From: an uncultured Candidatus Saccharibacteria bacterium | GTDB taxonomy: Bacteria > Patescibacteriota > JAUYIX01 > CAYNWW01 | Length of the DNA: 64,000 bases | Direction of reading: 5' to 3' | Assembly: GCA_964401055.1 (NCBI GenBank) | Contig: CAYNWW010000001.1 | Span: forward strand, 105,003-169,002 | Shown: positions 44,155 to 52,894 of the stretch, piece by piece | Layout of the letters: each line of letters starts with the position of its first letter | Numbering within the stretch: the stretch's first letter is position 1 | The notes under the pieces: model-generated | The model's input: only the letters and a program-made list of their open reading frames with translations | The model's database searches: none | What the model was told of the DNA's origin: nothing | Made by a program: the position numbers and the translations under genes

Positions 44155-45054
44155 TTAGCGCAATGGGGGTTTGCACTCTTCAATCGGTTCGCTTGTCGTA
44201 TTCTTGCGAATCGTCGAAATGAGATTTCCGCTTGTATCTCGATCGTACACGAGGCATTGAGAATGTGGCGGGATCACAATTTCCTCCCAGGCTGGCGAAT
44301 CAGAACATAGCGGGTTCTGCTGGGATTTACATGCAGAGACGCCAGGCATATGTTCTTTTTCCTCCGTGCTCACATCTGACAACTCGCCACTCCGTATCGC
44401 AGCTTTTACCGAAATTGCCTGAGGCGATACTTGAGGTGTGATCTCGGGTGTCTCGCGTGCATATATAGCCCGTACCTTTTGCAAATCCTCTTTTGATATT
44501 CCTGAGGACGGAGGATTGTTTAAGGATTTAGAGCTATTAAGTGAAAGCCATGGCTGCGGTCCCATAATCGGCGTTTGGGTTGGCGTTCTGGCAGGAGTCG
44601 CTGTTGGCGTTGCCGTGGGCTTCGCTTTCGTCGGCTTTGGAGTTGGCTTCGGGGCGGTTGGTGTTGCCGTTGCCGTTACCGCAATGCTTGGCACAAGCAC
44701 TGCGGGCGGAGTTGGCGTATTCGTCGGTCTGGCAAATACAACTGCAGGGGTAAGCTGCACTGTCAGCTGATTTATAAGCGAATTTTGCAGGTCGACATCT
44801 TCTGTGACTTGGTGTGTTCCACTCGTGCGAGTTTCCTCAACGGTTTTTTGGACTTCACTTGCGTGCGTACCGTATTTTTTTATACCCGCATAAAGCGCTG
44901 CGCAGGCACAAATGCCTCCGCAGATAAATAAAAACAAGCGCAATGTCCTGTTCATGAATGATCCCTCCTGATGATGGACACATAAATATATAGCTATAAC
45001 TAAAAAAATGCAAGAAAAAACGACTTTTCCAAAGTCGTTTTGAATTTTGTGCAA
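44155..45054 (-). CDS. Membrane-anchored hypothetical protein with Thr/Pro/Ala-rich linker
   Basis: 299 aa with an N-terminal TM and the linker TNTPTPPAVL...TATATPTAPKPTPKPTKAKPTATPTATPARTPTQTP. Confidence 0.5.
   Translation of the reverse strand: MHKIQNDFGKVVFSCIFLVIAIYLCVHHQEGSFMNRTLRLFLFICGGICACAALYAGIKKYGTHASEVQKTVEETRTSGTHQVTEDVDLQNSLINQLTVQLTPAVVFARPTNTPTPPAVLVPSIAVTATATPTAPKPTPKPTKAKPTATPTATPARTPTQTPIMGPQPWLSLNSSKSLNNPPSSGISKEDLQKVRAIYARETPEITPQVSPQAISVKAAIRSGELSDVSTEEKEHMPGVSACKSQQNPLCSDSPAWEEIVIPPHSQCLVYDRDTSGNLISTIRKNTTSEPIEECKPPLR
45005..45045. terminator. Rho-independent terminator (bidirectional context)
   Basis: The hairpin AAAACGACTTTTCCAAAGTCGTTTT is flanked by A-runs and T-runs. 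Confidence 0.5.
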
Positions 45055-45058
45055 TTTG

Positions 45059-45976
45059 TTATTCTGGGCTCACTTGCGCCACTTCACCGGTCAACAAGTC
45101 GATTCCTCCAATAATATTTTCAATAGTCTCTTGGCGCTCTCTGATGCGATCAGTTGATTCTGTCGGCTCCTCTTGCGGAGGTGTTGCTGGCTTGCTGTGT
45201 TGCAACGATTCGGCGATAATCTCATCTTCAGAGAGCATTTGGGTTTCGCCGGAAATAGGCTTGACTTGTAGTACTTGTTTTTCAGAATTTTGCTCTGTCA
45301 AAATTACTGAGCCAGAACTTTTCCCATTTCCGTTTCCATTCCCATTTCCGTTCAGCCGGCTCCCGTAAATTTCGATTAGCGCCCGAAATTTAGCAAGTAC
45401 GTCTGTACACTGTCGAGTGAGCTCCTGCATGTGCAATGAGCCTTCAAGACTTCGTGCGGTGTTTTCATGTACGGTGTCTCGCAGAAGAGGAAACCCTGTA
45501 CCACCGAAATGTAGGGCGAATTGCTGGAGGCTCTCGACTAGCCCTTGAGCTTGATTAAGAACGGCCTGTGAAGACCCCTTTTCTTGAACAAGGTATTCAA
45601 GTGCTCTTTCGATCGTATCGAAATAGCTCGTAACGCGCTGTAGGAGATTACCGTACTTTTCTGCACTATTGAGTGCATCTTGGCGCGCTTTCTCAAAAAG
45701 TTTCTCGGCAGAGTTTCTCAACTCCTCTTTGCTTGGAAAATGACCGAAAGCTTTTTCTGTGATTTCTTTATACTGAGCGAGTTGAAGTTCGGCACTTCTT
45801 CTTTTGGCTCTTTCGGCCTCAAGCGCACGATTTTTTTTGCGACTAAATAGCAGATTGTGCAGCGCCCCTCCTAAAATGACAAAAGTTATCACGGAAATTG
45901 TGTAGGCTGGCGTTGTTGCGCACAACTGTAAAAGCGAGAAAAAAATGCCAGCTGTTTTTTGCAGAAAAACGAACAA
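45059..45976 (-). CDS. Membrane-anchored coiled-coil protein with (NG)n repeat
   Basis: 305 aa with an N-terminal TM, long helical segments and the sequence LNGNGNGNGNGKSSG. Confidence 0.5.
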   Translation of the reverse strand: MFVFLQKTAGIFFSLLQLCATTPAYTISVITFVILGGALHNLLFSRKKNRALEAERAKRRSAELQLAQYKEITEKAFGHFPSKEELRNSAEKLFEKARQDALNSAEKYGNLLQRVTSYFDTIERALEYLVQEKGSSQAVLNQAQGLVESLQQFALHFGGTGFPLLRDTVHENTARSLEGSLHMQELTRQCTDVLAKFRALIEIYGSRLNGNGNGNGNGKSSGSVILTEQNSEKQVLQVKPISGETQMLSEDEIIAESLQHSKPATPPQEEPTESTDRIRERQETIENIIGGIDLLTGEVAQVSPE

Positions 45977-46077
45977 GAGTACCCCTCCTATTAAACTGAT
46001 CGGGCGCGGGATTGCGCAAGATCATCCAGCGATTATTGCACGACTTTATGCGTATGTCAATGCAGACGTAATGTTGT

Positions 46078-47295
46078 CTACTTTGTCTTCTCCAACACCG
46101 CCTTGGCATGTGCCTCTTTCCCTTGGCGCACGTACGTGATATCCACGGTGTCGCCGGGCTTGTATTTCTGCAAGAGCGACGCGAGGCCGCGGCTTTCGGT
46201 CAGATCGTCGCTATTGATGCGCGTAATAATATCGTTGGCCTGCAAGCCTGCTTTTTCTGCCGGACTGCCGGGCACGACCGCGACATCTTGGGCACCGGAC
46301 TTGGTATTGCCGGCTTGGATCAGTGCGCCGCGACGAACCGACAACTTGTAGAGGTCGGCGATTTCATTGGTGATCGGGATGTAATGCACTCCCAAGAACG
46401 GCCTCGTGATCACGCCGGTATCAATCACGCTGGTGATGGCTGGCTTGACCACATTGATTGGGATGGAAAATCCGATGGTCTGGCCACTGCCGTCGACAGC
46501 TGTGTTGACACCGACGACTTCGCCGGAGAGATTGACGAGTGGGCCGCCGGAGTTGCCGGGGTTGATCGCAGCATCAGTTTGGAGTACGCCTTCAAGCCTC
46601 TCACCCATGCCACGATCTGAGGCTATAATGGTGCGATCTTTTGCGCTCACGATCCCTGCCGTTGCGGTGTTTTGATATTGTCCGAGGGCGTTGCCGATGG
46701 CGACCACGCGTTGGCCGACTTTGAGCGTGTCCGAATCGCCGAGTTTGACGACCGGCAATCCGTGGGCATCAATTTTGATCACTGCGATATCATTGGAAGG
46801 ATCGATACTTTTGATGGTCGCATCATAACTTTTTCCATCGTTCGTGAGTACGTTGAGTTTGGAAGGCGCGCCTTCGACCACATGCCGATTGGTCAAAATC
46901 AACCCATCTTCAGTGATCACGAATCCGGTGCCGCCGCCTTTTTGTTCGCCAATATTTCCGAAATAATCTTGGACATTGGAGCTGGTGATAATACTTACCA
47001 CTGACGGGCTCACCTTAGTCACCGCATCTACGATGCCGGAATTTTCATCCACTGTCACTTTTTCTTCTTTGCGTAGGACGGTCGTGTGCCCGTTGTCGAG
47101 TGTGCTAAAAAAATGGTTGTTGGCAATAAAGGAAAATCGCTGAAGATATGGCCAGACGATGCGATCCGCCACCACTCCGCCGACCGCTCCGAGCACCAGG
47201 CTGACCGGCACGCAAAGTGCGACCGCAATCAGTATGACGTGTGCAGTGCGATGATGAGAGCGCTGTGGGGAAAAACTTGCAGGTTGGTCTTGCAT
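46078..47295 (-). CDS. htrA: HtrA/DegP-family serine protease (S1C) with PDZ domain
   Basis: It carries the motifs GTGFVITEDGLILTNRHVV and GNSGGPLVNLSGEVVGVNTA, with a C-terminal PDZ domain and an N-terminal TM. Confidence 0.85.
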   Translation of the reverse strand: MQDQPASFSPQRSHHRTAHVILIAVALCVPVSLVLGAVGGVVADRIVWPYLQRFSFIANNHFFSTLDNGHTTVLRKEEKVTVDENSGIVDAVTKVSPSVVSIITSSNVQDYFGNIGEQKGGGTGFVITEDGLILTNRHVVEGAPSKLNVLTNDGKSYDATIKSIDPSNDIAVIKIDAHGLPVVKLGDSDTLKVGQRVVAIGNALGQYQNTATAGIVSAKDRTIIASDRGMGERLEGVLQTDAAINPGNSGGPLVNLSGEVVGVNTAVDGSGQTIGFSIPINVVKPAITSVIDTGVITRPFLGVHYIPITNEIADLYKLSVRRGALIQAGNTKSGAQDVAVVPGSPAEKAGLQANDIITRINSDDLTESRGLASLLQKYKPGDTVDITYVRQGKEAHAKAVLEKTK

Positions 47296-47333
47296 AGTGA
47301 GTTGTTAATTTTTAAGAAGTCGTATGTGGGCAA

Positions 47334-48119
47334 TCACACCGGCGTCCATTTGGACGTCGCTAATATGAGGATGACAAGCGCCAGGGTAAACGCAACTTGC
47401 ATGCGCGCGGCGCGCGGCGTGAGTGCGCCTTTTTGCTGAAGCGCGCACATGCCAAAAAAAAGATACCCTGCACTGGTTATAAGCATTGCGGCTGAGGAAT
47501 AGCTGATAGGCCACAACGTCACAATCCATGCGAGTTCGGTCATCATCAGTGCGGCAAGTACCACGTAAAAAAGCGATCTCACGTTAAGCAACTCATGTTG
47601 CCAGAAAAAGATGACGCCCTGGAGCATCACAAATCCCGCAAGCCCGAGTAAAAATATCCACAGATATTCATGCGTGAAGGAAAACACACCCAGAATTCCG
47701 CGCGCGCCCAAAAACAAAATGTAGAGTTGGAGAAATTCGCCCATATCATCAATGAGCGTGGATTGTGTGCCCGGATGCAGATCGTCTTGTTTGTATTTGT
47801 GAGAAAAAAACGTAAACAGTGCCGCAAAGATGATGCAGTTTACTCCAATGAACACGTATTTCAACAATGGCCCGAATGCGATAAACAAATTAAGTCCGAC
47901 ACCGACGCCGAGCAATAGTGCGAGCAATGGAAAGAGTAGCGTGCTGGGTTTGCGCAATTTAAATTCGGCTGTCACGATCGATCCGACAAAAATTGCCACG
48001 CTTGTGCCCGCCACCGCGTACCAAATGTATTCTGTGGTTGCGATGAGTTCGTAAAAACCAAAGCCGATGACGGCAGAAAACAAAAGCGAAATAATAGCTT
48101 TGATTATCAGCGCGCGCAT
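47334..48119 (-). CDS. Polytopic membrane protein, hypothetical
   Basis: 261 aa with about 7-8 TM helices. No family recognised. Confidence 0.5.
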   Translation of the reverse strand: MRALIIKAIISLLFSAVIGFGFYELIATTEYIWYAVAGTSVAIFVGSIVTAEFKLRKPSTLLFPLLALLLGVGVGLNLFIAFGPLLKYVFIGVNCIIFAALFTFFSHKYKQDDLHPGTQSTLIDDMGEFLQLYILFLGARGILGVFSFTHEYLWIFLLGLAGFVMLQGVIFFWQHELLNVRSLFYVVLAALMMTELAWIVTLWPISYSSAAMLITSAGYLFFGMCALQQKGALTPRAARMQVAFTLALVILILATSKWTPV

Positions 48120-48128
48120 CGGTAGGAT

Positions 48129-49583
48129 TTAATATGCTTTTGCGTAATACACGATTTGGGTGACCGGATTTTTTCCGCACATGGCGCAGATCTCGCCTGC
48201 AGCCGGCGATTCATTTGCTGCAACCACGCGAGGTGTGGCTTTCGTCTCTTGTTGAATCAGCGCTTCACATTCGCTGGTGCTGCAGACGTGGATTTTGACA
48301 AATCCTGCAGCGGCCGTGGATGCGACACGTTCTTTGAGCTCGTCAAGTGAGGCGGCCGCGCTTGTACGTTGAGACAAAAATTCGCGTGAGCGTGCAAGCA
48401 TACCTTGCTGGATTTCTTCTAGCAATTTCACGCTTGTCTCTGTGATAGCCGCGCGGGCAACGGTTTGTTTTTCTCCCGTGTCGCGTCGAGCAAGCACCAG
48501 AGTGCCGCCATCGATATCTCGTGGTCCGAGCTCCATGCGGAGCGGCACGCCGCGCTGTTCCCATTCGTTGAATTTGAATCCTGGTGATTCTTGCGTGCGA
48601 TCATCGAGATGGACGCGCATCCCGGCGTCGCGTAACTCTCGCACCAATCCGCCGGCTGCTTCCAGTACTCGAGCTTCTTGGCCAGGCTTCAAAATCGGCA
48701 CAATCACGATTTGATGCGGTGCGATCCGCGGTGGCAGCACCAGGCCTTTGGCGTCGCCGTGACCCATGATGAGCGCGCCGATCAGGCGAGTGGAAATTCC
48801 CCACGACGTTTGCCACACATGGTCGAGCTTGCCATCGGCTGCCGCGTACGTAATATCAAATGATTTGGAAAAATGTTGGCCAAGGTGATGCGACGTGCCC
48901 ATTTGCAACGCTTTGCCGTCTCGCATCAAACCTTCGCAGGTCGTCGTATAGAGCGCGCCGGCAAATTTTTGTGAATCGGTTTTTCGGCCGCTCAACACAG
49001 CGATCGCGAGATAGTCTTCAAAAAACGACCGATAGTCCGCAAGCGCTTCGTCCACATCAGCAGCCGCTTGCTCAGATGTCGCAAACGCGCAATGCCCTTC
49101 TTGCCACAAAAATTCACTGGTGCGCAAAAAGAATCGGGTGCGTTTTTCCCAGCGCATCACATTGCACCACTGATTGAGCTTCATCGGAAGATCGCGCCAC
49201 GAGTGAATCCACTGCTTTTGCATCGCGTGAATCATGGTCTCGGATGTCGGTCGGATCGCTAGTCGCTCGGCCAATTCTTTTCCGCCGCCTGCCGTCACCC
49301 ATGCTATTTCGGGCGCAAATCCCTCGACGTGTTCTTTTTCTTGCGAGATAAAATGTTCCGGAATCAACAAAGGGAAATAGGCATTTTCCACGCCACGCGC
49401 TTTGATGCGGCGATCCATTTCCAGCTGAATCAGCTCCCAGATTGCATATCCGTAGGGTCGGATGACCATGCATCCGCGCACAGGCGCAAAATCCGCGAGT
49501 TTCGCTTCCAAAATAGTCCGTTGGTACCATTCGGTGAAATCAGCAGGAGCTTCGCCGGGTTTGAGTGAGGGTGTGTGTGACAT
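48129..49583 (-). CDS. proS: Prolyl-tRNA synthetase (archaeal/eukaryotic-type class II)
   Basis: 484 aa. The N-terminus FTEWYQRTILEAKLADFAPVRGCMVIRPYGYAIWE matches the archaeal-type ProRS N-terminus, and the C-terminus is Zn/Cys-containing. Confidence 0.9.
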   Translation of the reverse strand: MSHTPSLKPGEAPADFTEWYQRTILEAKLADFAPVRGCMVIRPYGYAIWELIQLEMDRRIKARGVENAYFPLLIPEHFISQEKEHVEGFAPEIAWVTAGGGKELAERLAIRPTSETMIHAMQKQWIHSWRDLPMKLNQWCNVMRWEKRTRFFLRTSEFLWQEGHCAFATSEQAAADVDEALADYRSFFEDYLAIAVLSGRKTDSQKFAGALYTTTCEGLMRDGKALQMGTSHHLGQHFSKSFDITYAAADGKLDHVWQTSWGISTRLIGALIMGHGDAKGLVLPPRIAPHQIVIVPILKPGQEARVLEAAGGLVRELRDAGMRVHLDDRTQESPGFKFNEWEQRGVPLRMELGPRDIDGGTLVLARRDTGEKQTVARAAITETSVKLLEEIQQGMLARSREFLSQRTSAAASLDELKERVASTAAAGFVKIHVCSTSECEALIQQETKATPRVVAANESPAAGEICAMCGKNPVTQIVYYAKAY

Positions 49584-49591
49584 ATGTTCGA

Positions 49592-50266
49592 TTATACCTG
49601 AATTTGTCGCTCATGCAAAAAATGATGCACTTTTGCAAACAGCCGACGCGTGATGATGATATATGTCGCCATGAGCGGAAATAACAACAGTGCCCATGCT
49701 GGATTGTCTGCGGTGAGGAAATAATCAAATGCCCCATGCAACACAATCGGCACCACAAGGCCTTTGACCAAAAATCCGCGTTCGCCCGGCACCTGATATT
49801 TTTTCGCTGCCACATAATAGCCAATCATGACCGCGCCAAGCGCATGCATTGGCACCGTAAAAAATGCGCGAATCAGTGCGATACCCACCCCACCTTGGAT
49901 GACGTAGAGAATATTTTCAATGCTCGCAAATCCTAGCGAGATTGCCACAGCATACACCACGCCGTCGTATAGTTCGGAAAACTCTTTTTGACGCGCGGCC
50001 CAGTATCGGACAACCACATACTTAATCCCCTCTTCGACAAGTGCAATCGCAATAAATGTTTCATAGATGCGTGGGACCTCTCGAGTTGCGCCAAGCGCAT
50101 ATTCCAGAATGATTGCCGGAACGATCGCAATCATTCCCATAATAAATGCGAGAAGCACGGTTGTTTTTGGCTCGGCATCGCCCGCATCTTTTTTATAAAA
50201 AAACCAGAGCAGGAGAGCTCCAGGCAAAAGTGACAACACAAGGAGAAGAAAAAAATACACAATCAC
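49592..50266 (-). CDS. PrsW-family intramembrane protease
   Basis: 224 aa with multiple TM helices. The conserved EE pair (ALVEEGIKY) and H..H-region spacing fit PrsW. Confidence 0.65.
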   Translation of the reverse strand: MIVYFFLLLVLSLLPGALLLWFFYKKDAGDAEPKTTVLLAFIMGMIAIVPAIILEYALGATREVPRIYETFIAIALVEEGIKYVVVRYWAARQKEFSELYDGVVYAVAISLGFASIENILYVIQGGVGIALIRAFFTVPMHALGAVMIGYYVAAKKYQVPGERGFLVKGLVVPIVLHGAFDYFLTADNPAWALLLFPLMATYIIITRRLFAKVHHFLHERQIQV

Positions 50267-50278
50267 GCGCGGATCATA

Positions 50279-51061
50279 TTACATACAAAAATAGGGACGC
50301 TGCCAAATGCCGAGTTGGTGCTCGCGCGCGTACGCTTCGATTGCTCGAAAATGTGGCTCGAGTGCGATGTCGGGTGCAAATGTGAGCGTCTTTGCAAGAC
50401 CTTGAGCAAGCAGTCGATCGGCAACCGATTCGCCATCAACCGAGACATGGCGCAGCAAGCGATGAATTTGATCAGTATCGCTCACTTCTTTTGTCAGGGT
50501 TACGTGTTTTCCCAGAACAAGCATCTCGTTGTACAAGCGCGCAGTGTCGCCTTTGCACTGAAAATGATCACGCGGCGAGACGATCTCAGGGGCATCAATG
50601 CCGATGTAGCGAATTTCTTTAGTCTGGTCGGCGTATGCGCCGCTGCCTTGATCAAAATGCACCAAAATACTGTCGCCGTCAATAACTTGCGTGACAATGC
50701 CTTGCTCTTGTTTGTGTTGGGCAAAAGTTTGTTGCGTTTGCTGTGGACGCGGAGCGATGCTCATCAGGCCTTCTGACGCAGTATCTGCAGCAGAGACATT
50801 TGTGGGAGCTGCGGTGAAATCGGGTGGCGCAATCGGGGCTTGTGCGCGGACACCTGCGCCTGGCTGCGCATGTGTCACTGCGAGTGCGCCGCAGACGAGC
50901 ATCGCGCACGCGAGTTTTTCTTTACCCAAGCTCCAGCAGACGACGAAGCCAACCGTTGCAAGCAAGGCGATTGCAAATTGCGCGCCCCCAAATATACCTA
51001 CTGCGAGAGCAAGCAGAAGTGCGACCGTCAACAAGATGCTGGTGCGGATTCTGGTGAACAT
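50279..51061 (-). CDS. Thermonuclease (staphylococcal nuclease-like, SNase) with N-terminal TM
   Basis: It has the SNc-like core VIDGDSILV ... IRYIGIDAPE ... LYNEMLVLGKHVTL ... RLLRHV. Confidence 0.75.
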   Translation of the reverse strand: MFTRIRTSILLTVALLLALAVGIFGGAQFAIALLATVGFVVCWSLGKEKLACAMLVCGALAVTHAQPGAGVRAQAPIAPPDFTAAPTNVSAADTASEGLMSIAPRPQQTQQTFAQHKQEQGIVTQVIDGDSILVHFDQGSGAYADQTKEIRYIGIDAPEIVSPRDHFQCKGDTARLYNEMLVLGKHVTLTKEVSDTDQIHRLLRHVSVDGESVADRLLAQGLAKTLTFAPDIALEPHFRAIEAYAREHQLGIWQRPYFCM

Positions 51062-51075
51062 GCGAAGCGGTTGAA

Positions 51076-51567
51076 TTAGTATTGGCTATCGGTTGCGGGT
51101 AATTCGGAATCGTCTTTGGGCGTTTGCTCGTCTGCTTGTTGGATGCTGGGTGCAGGAGTTTTTGCGGATTGAGTGACGCTAAACGACTGTTCACTTTTGT
51201 CATGAGTGCGTTCGTTTTCTACTCGAAAAACATAATCTCCGGGCTCAAATGCAGGCTGACTGAGACGAAATCCGATTGCGCGATCGCTCGAGACCTCGAT
51301 TTCTTTTTCACCGAGCAGCTTATCTTTGAGATACCAGGAGCCTTTCAGCGGCGTAGTGTCGGTGACGCCTGTGATGCGTACTGAAGCAAAAATGGTACCG
51401 GCGTCAGAGGAAAAGCTTGTTTTTGCTGCTCCGATCGCCTCTTGGGTCGCATCGTCCACGTTGTCCGTCATGGTAATCTGGGCGATTTTTGCATTGCCAA
51501 AACTGCAACTTGCACCAAGAAATGCAATCACAAACGCACTTGTCACGACTAAAGATAATCGTTTCAT
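51076..51567 (-). CDS. Secreted hypothetical protein / lipoprotein
   Basis: 163 aa with the signal peptide MKRLSLVVTSAFVIAFLGASCS. Confidence 0.45.
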   Translation of the reverse strand: MKRLSLVVTSAFVIAFLGASCSFGNAKIAQITMTDNVDDATQEAIGAAKTSFSSDAGTIFASVRITGVTDTTPLKGSWYLKDKLLGEKEIEVSSDRAIGFRLSQPAFEPGDYVFRVENERTHDKSEQSFSVTQSAKTPAPSIQQADEQTPKDDSELPATDSQY

Positions 51568-51596
51568 GCGTAAAGTATATCTTTTTTTGGCGCGAA

Positions 51597-52313
51597 TCAG
51601 AAGGAGCGACTATCCACAGCGCGTGCGAGAAATACGCGAGGGTCAACCCAGGCGTTAAGCTCGCTTTGTGTCTTGACGTAGCCGGCAAGCTCGATGTCTC
51701 CGCCTTTGTGAATGCTGATGTGCAGGTGCTTGCGCTCGCCGTCGGTTTCAGCGGATTTGTCGCGTCCGAGGATCCCGATTTTTTGTCCAAGTTTGACGGT
51801 GTCGCCCGCACGAAAAGCGACTGAAGTTTTTTTCAGATGACCGTAGAGCACGGTGTATTCCTGGCCATCAAGCGTGAAATCCACCACGACCACGCCGCCA
51901 TATCCTGATATGGTGTCAACTTTTTTCACCACTCCCGGCGCGATCGAAAACACGCTGATGTCTTGGTCGAGTTCTTGTGCAGTGACTTCTGCGTCAACGC
52001 CGGTGTGATAGCCGGTAAATCGTTCGTGTTGGACGGGTGAATTGGATGGACTGACAAACACGCCAAAGAGTTTTTTGGTGAGACGCAAGGCAAATCCATT
52101 GAGTGGTGTGACGAGCTCGGGTTGTTGTTGCGGCTGAGTGCTTGTTGGGTCAATCGAGGCTGCGGTTTGCTGAGTTGCTGAGTTTGATGAGGAGAGTGCG
52201 GCAAGTTGGGCTTCTTTGCGCACGGTATCGCGGCGCAGTGCCCAATTGGCAACGCCCAGAATGGTAATTCCAATAAGCGCCACGATAATGCCGATGCGAA
52301 GTGACCTGATCAA
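51597..52313 (-). CDS. M23-family metallopeptidase (LytM-like)
   Basis: It has the motifs GYHTGVDAE and TVLYGHLK (HxH). The N-terminal TM is followed by a Gln-rich linker. Confidence 0.8.
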   Translation of the reverse strand: MIRSLRIGIIVALIGITILGVANWALRRDTVRKEAQLAALSSSNSATQQTAASIDPTSTQPQQQPELVTPLNGFALRLTKKLFGVFVSPSNSPVQHERFTGYHTGVDAEVTAQELDQDISVFSIAPGVVKKVDTISGYGGVVVVDFTLDGQEYTVLYGHLKKTSVAFRAGDTVKLGQKIGILGRDKSAETDGERKHLHISIHKGGDIELAGYVKTQSELNAWVDPRVFLARAVDSRSF

Positions 52314-52894
52314 AATGGTGATGTGAATTCACTGATGCTCGGGCGTTGTGCGTCGCGCGGCGAGATCATGGGTGTCATGCCATCAAACGGCCACGCGATA
52401 TTGAGTGCGGGGTCCAGTGGATTGAGTCCGCCTTCGCTTGCAGGTGCGTAGAGCGCCGAACATTTGTACAAAAAATGAGTGTCATCTTCGAGTGCGAGTA
52501 GTCCGTGCGCAAATCCGGCAGGAATAAAGAACATCATGTTATTGCGCGCGCTCAGCAACACGCCAAAAGACTTGCCGTAGGTTGGAGAATCGCGCCGAAT
52601 GTCAACTGCGACGTCGTACGCGGCGCCAGCGGTGACGCGTACGAGTTTTGCTTGCGCGTAAGGCGGAGTTTGAAAATGCATGCCGCGGATAACGCCGCGC
52701 CGCGAAATAGATTCGTTGTCTTGGACAAATTCAACGTCGATTCCGTGCGCGCGAAACAATTCCGCATTGTACGTTTCGAAAAATGCACCGCGATCGTCGG
52801 TGAATACGGCAGGCTGGATAATCATGAGTCCGGCGAGTGGGCCGGGAGTAAATGTCGGTTGTGGCATATGGGTCAGTATATCATACGAATACAA
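52310..52894 (-). CDS. rmlC: dTDP-4-dehydrorhamnose 3,5-epimerase
   Basis: The motif FTDDRGAFFETYN...GVIRGMHFQ is conserved in RmlC. The start is probably the ATG at 52865-52867 (MPQPTF). Confidence 0.85.
   Translation of the reverse strand: MYSYDILTHMPQPTFTPGPLAGLMIIQPAVFTDDRGAFFETYNAELFRAHGIDVEFVQDNESISRRGVIRGMHFQTPPYAQAKLVRVTAGAAYDVAVDIRRDSPTYGKSFGVLLSARNNMMFFIPAGFAHGLLALEDDTHFLYKCSALYAPASEGGLNPLDPALNIAWPFDGMTPMISPRDAQRPSISEFTSPF

Noticed and set aside
45322-45356. Short tandem DNA repeat (CCATTT/CCGTTT)n considered as a possible CRISPR or minisatellite
   Set aside because: There are only about five units of 6 nt with no spacers, and it is in-frame coding for (NG)n. It is not a CRISPR array.
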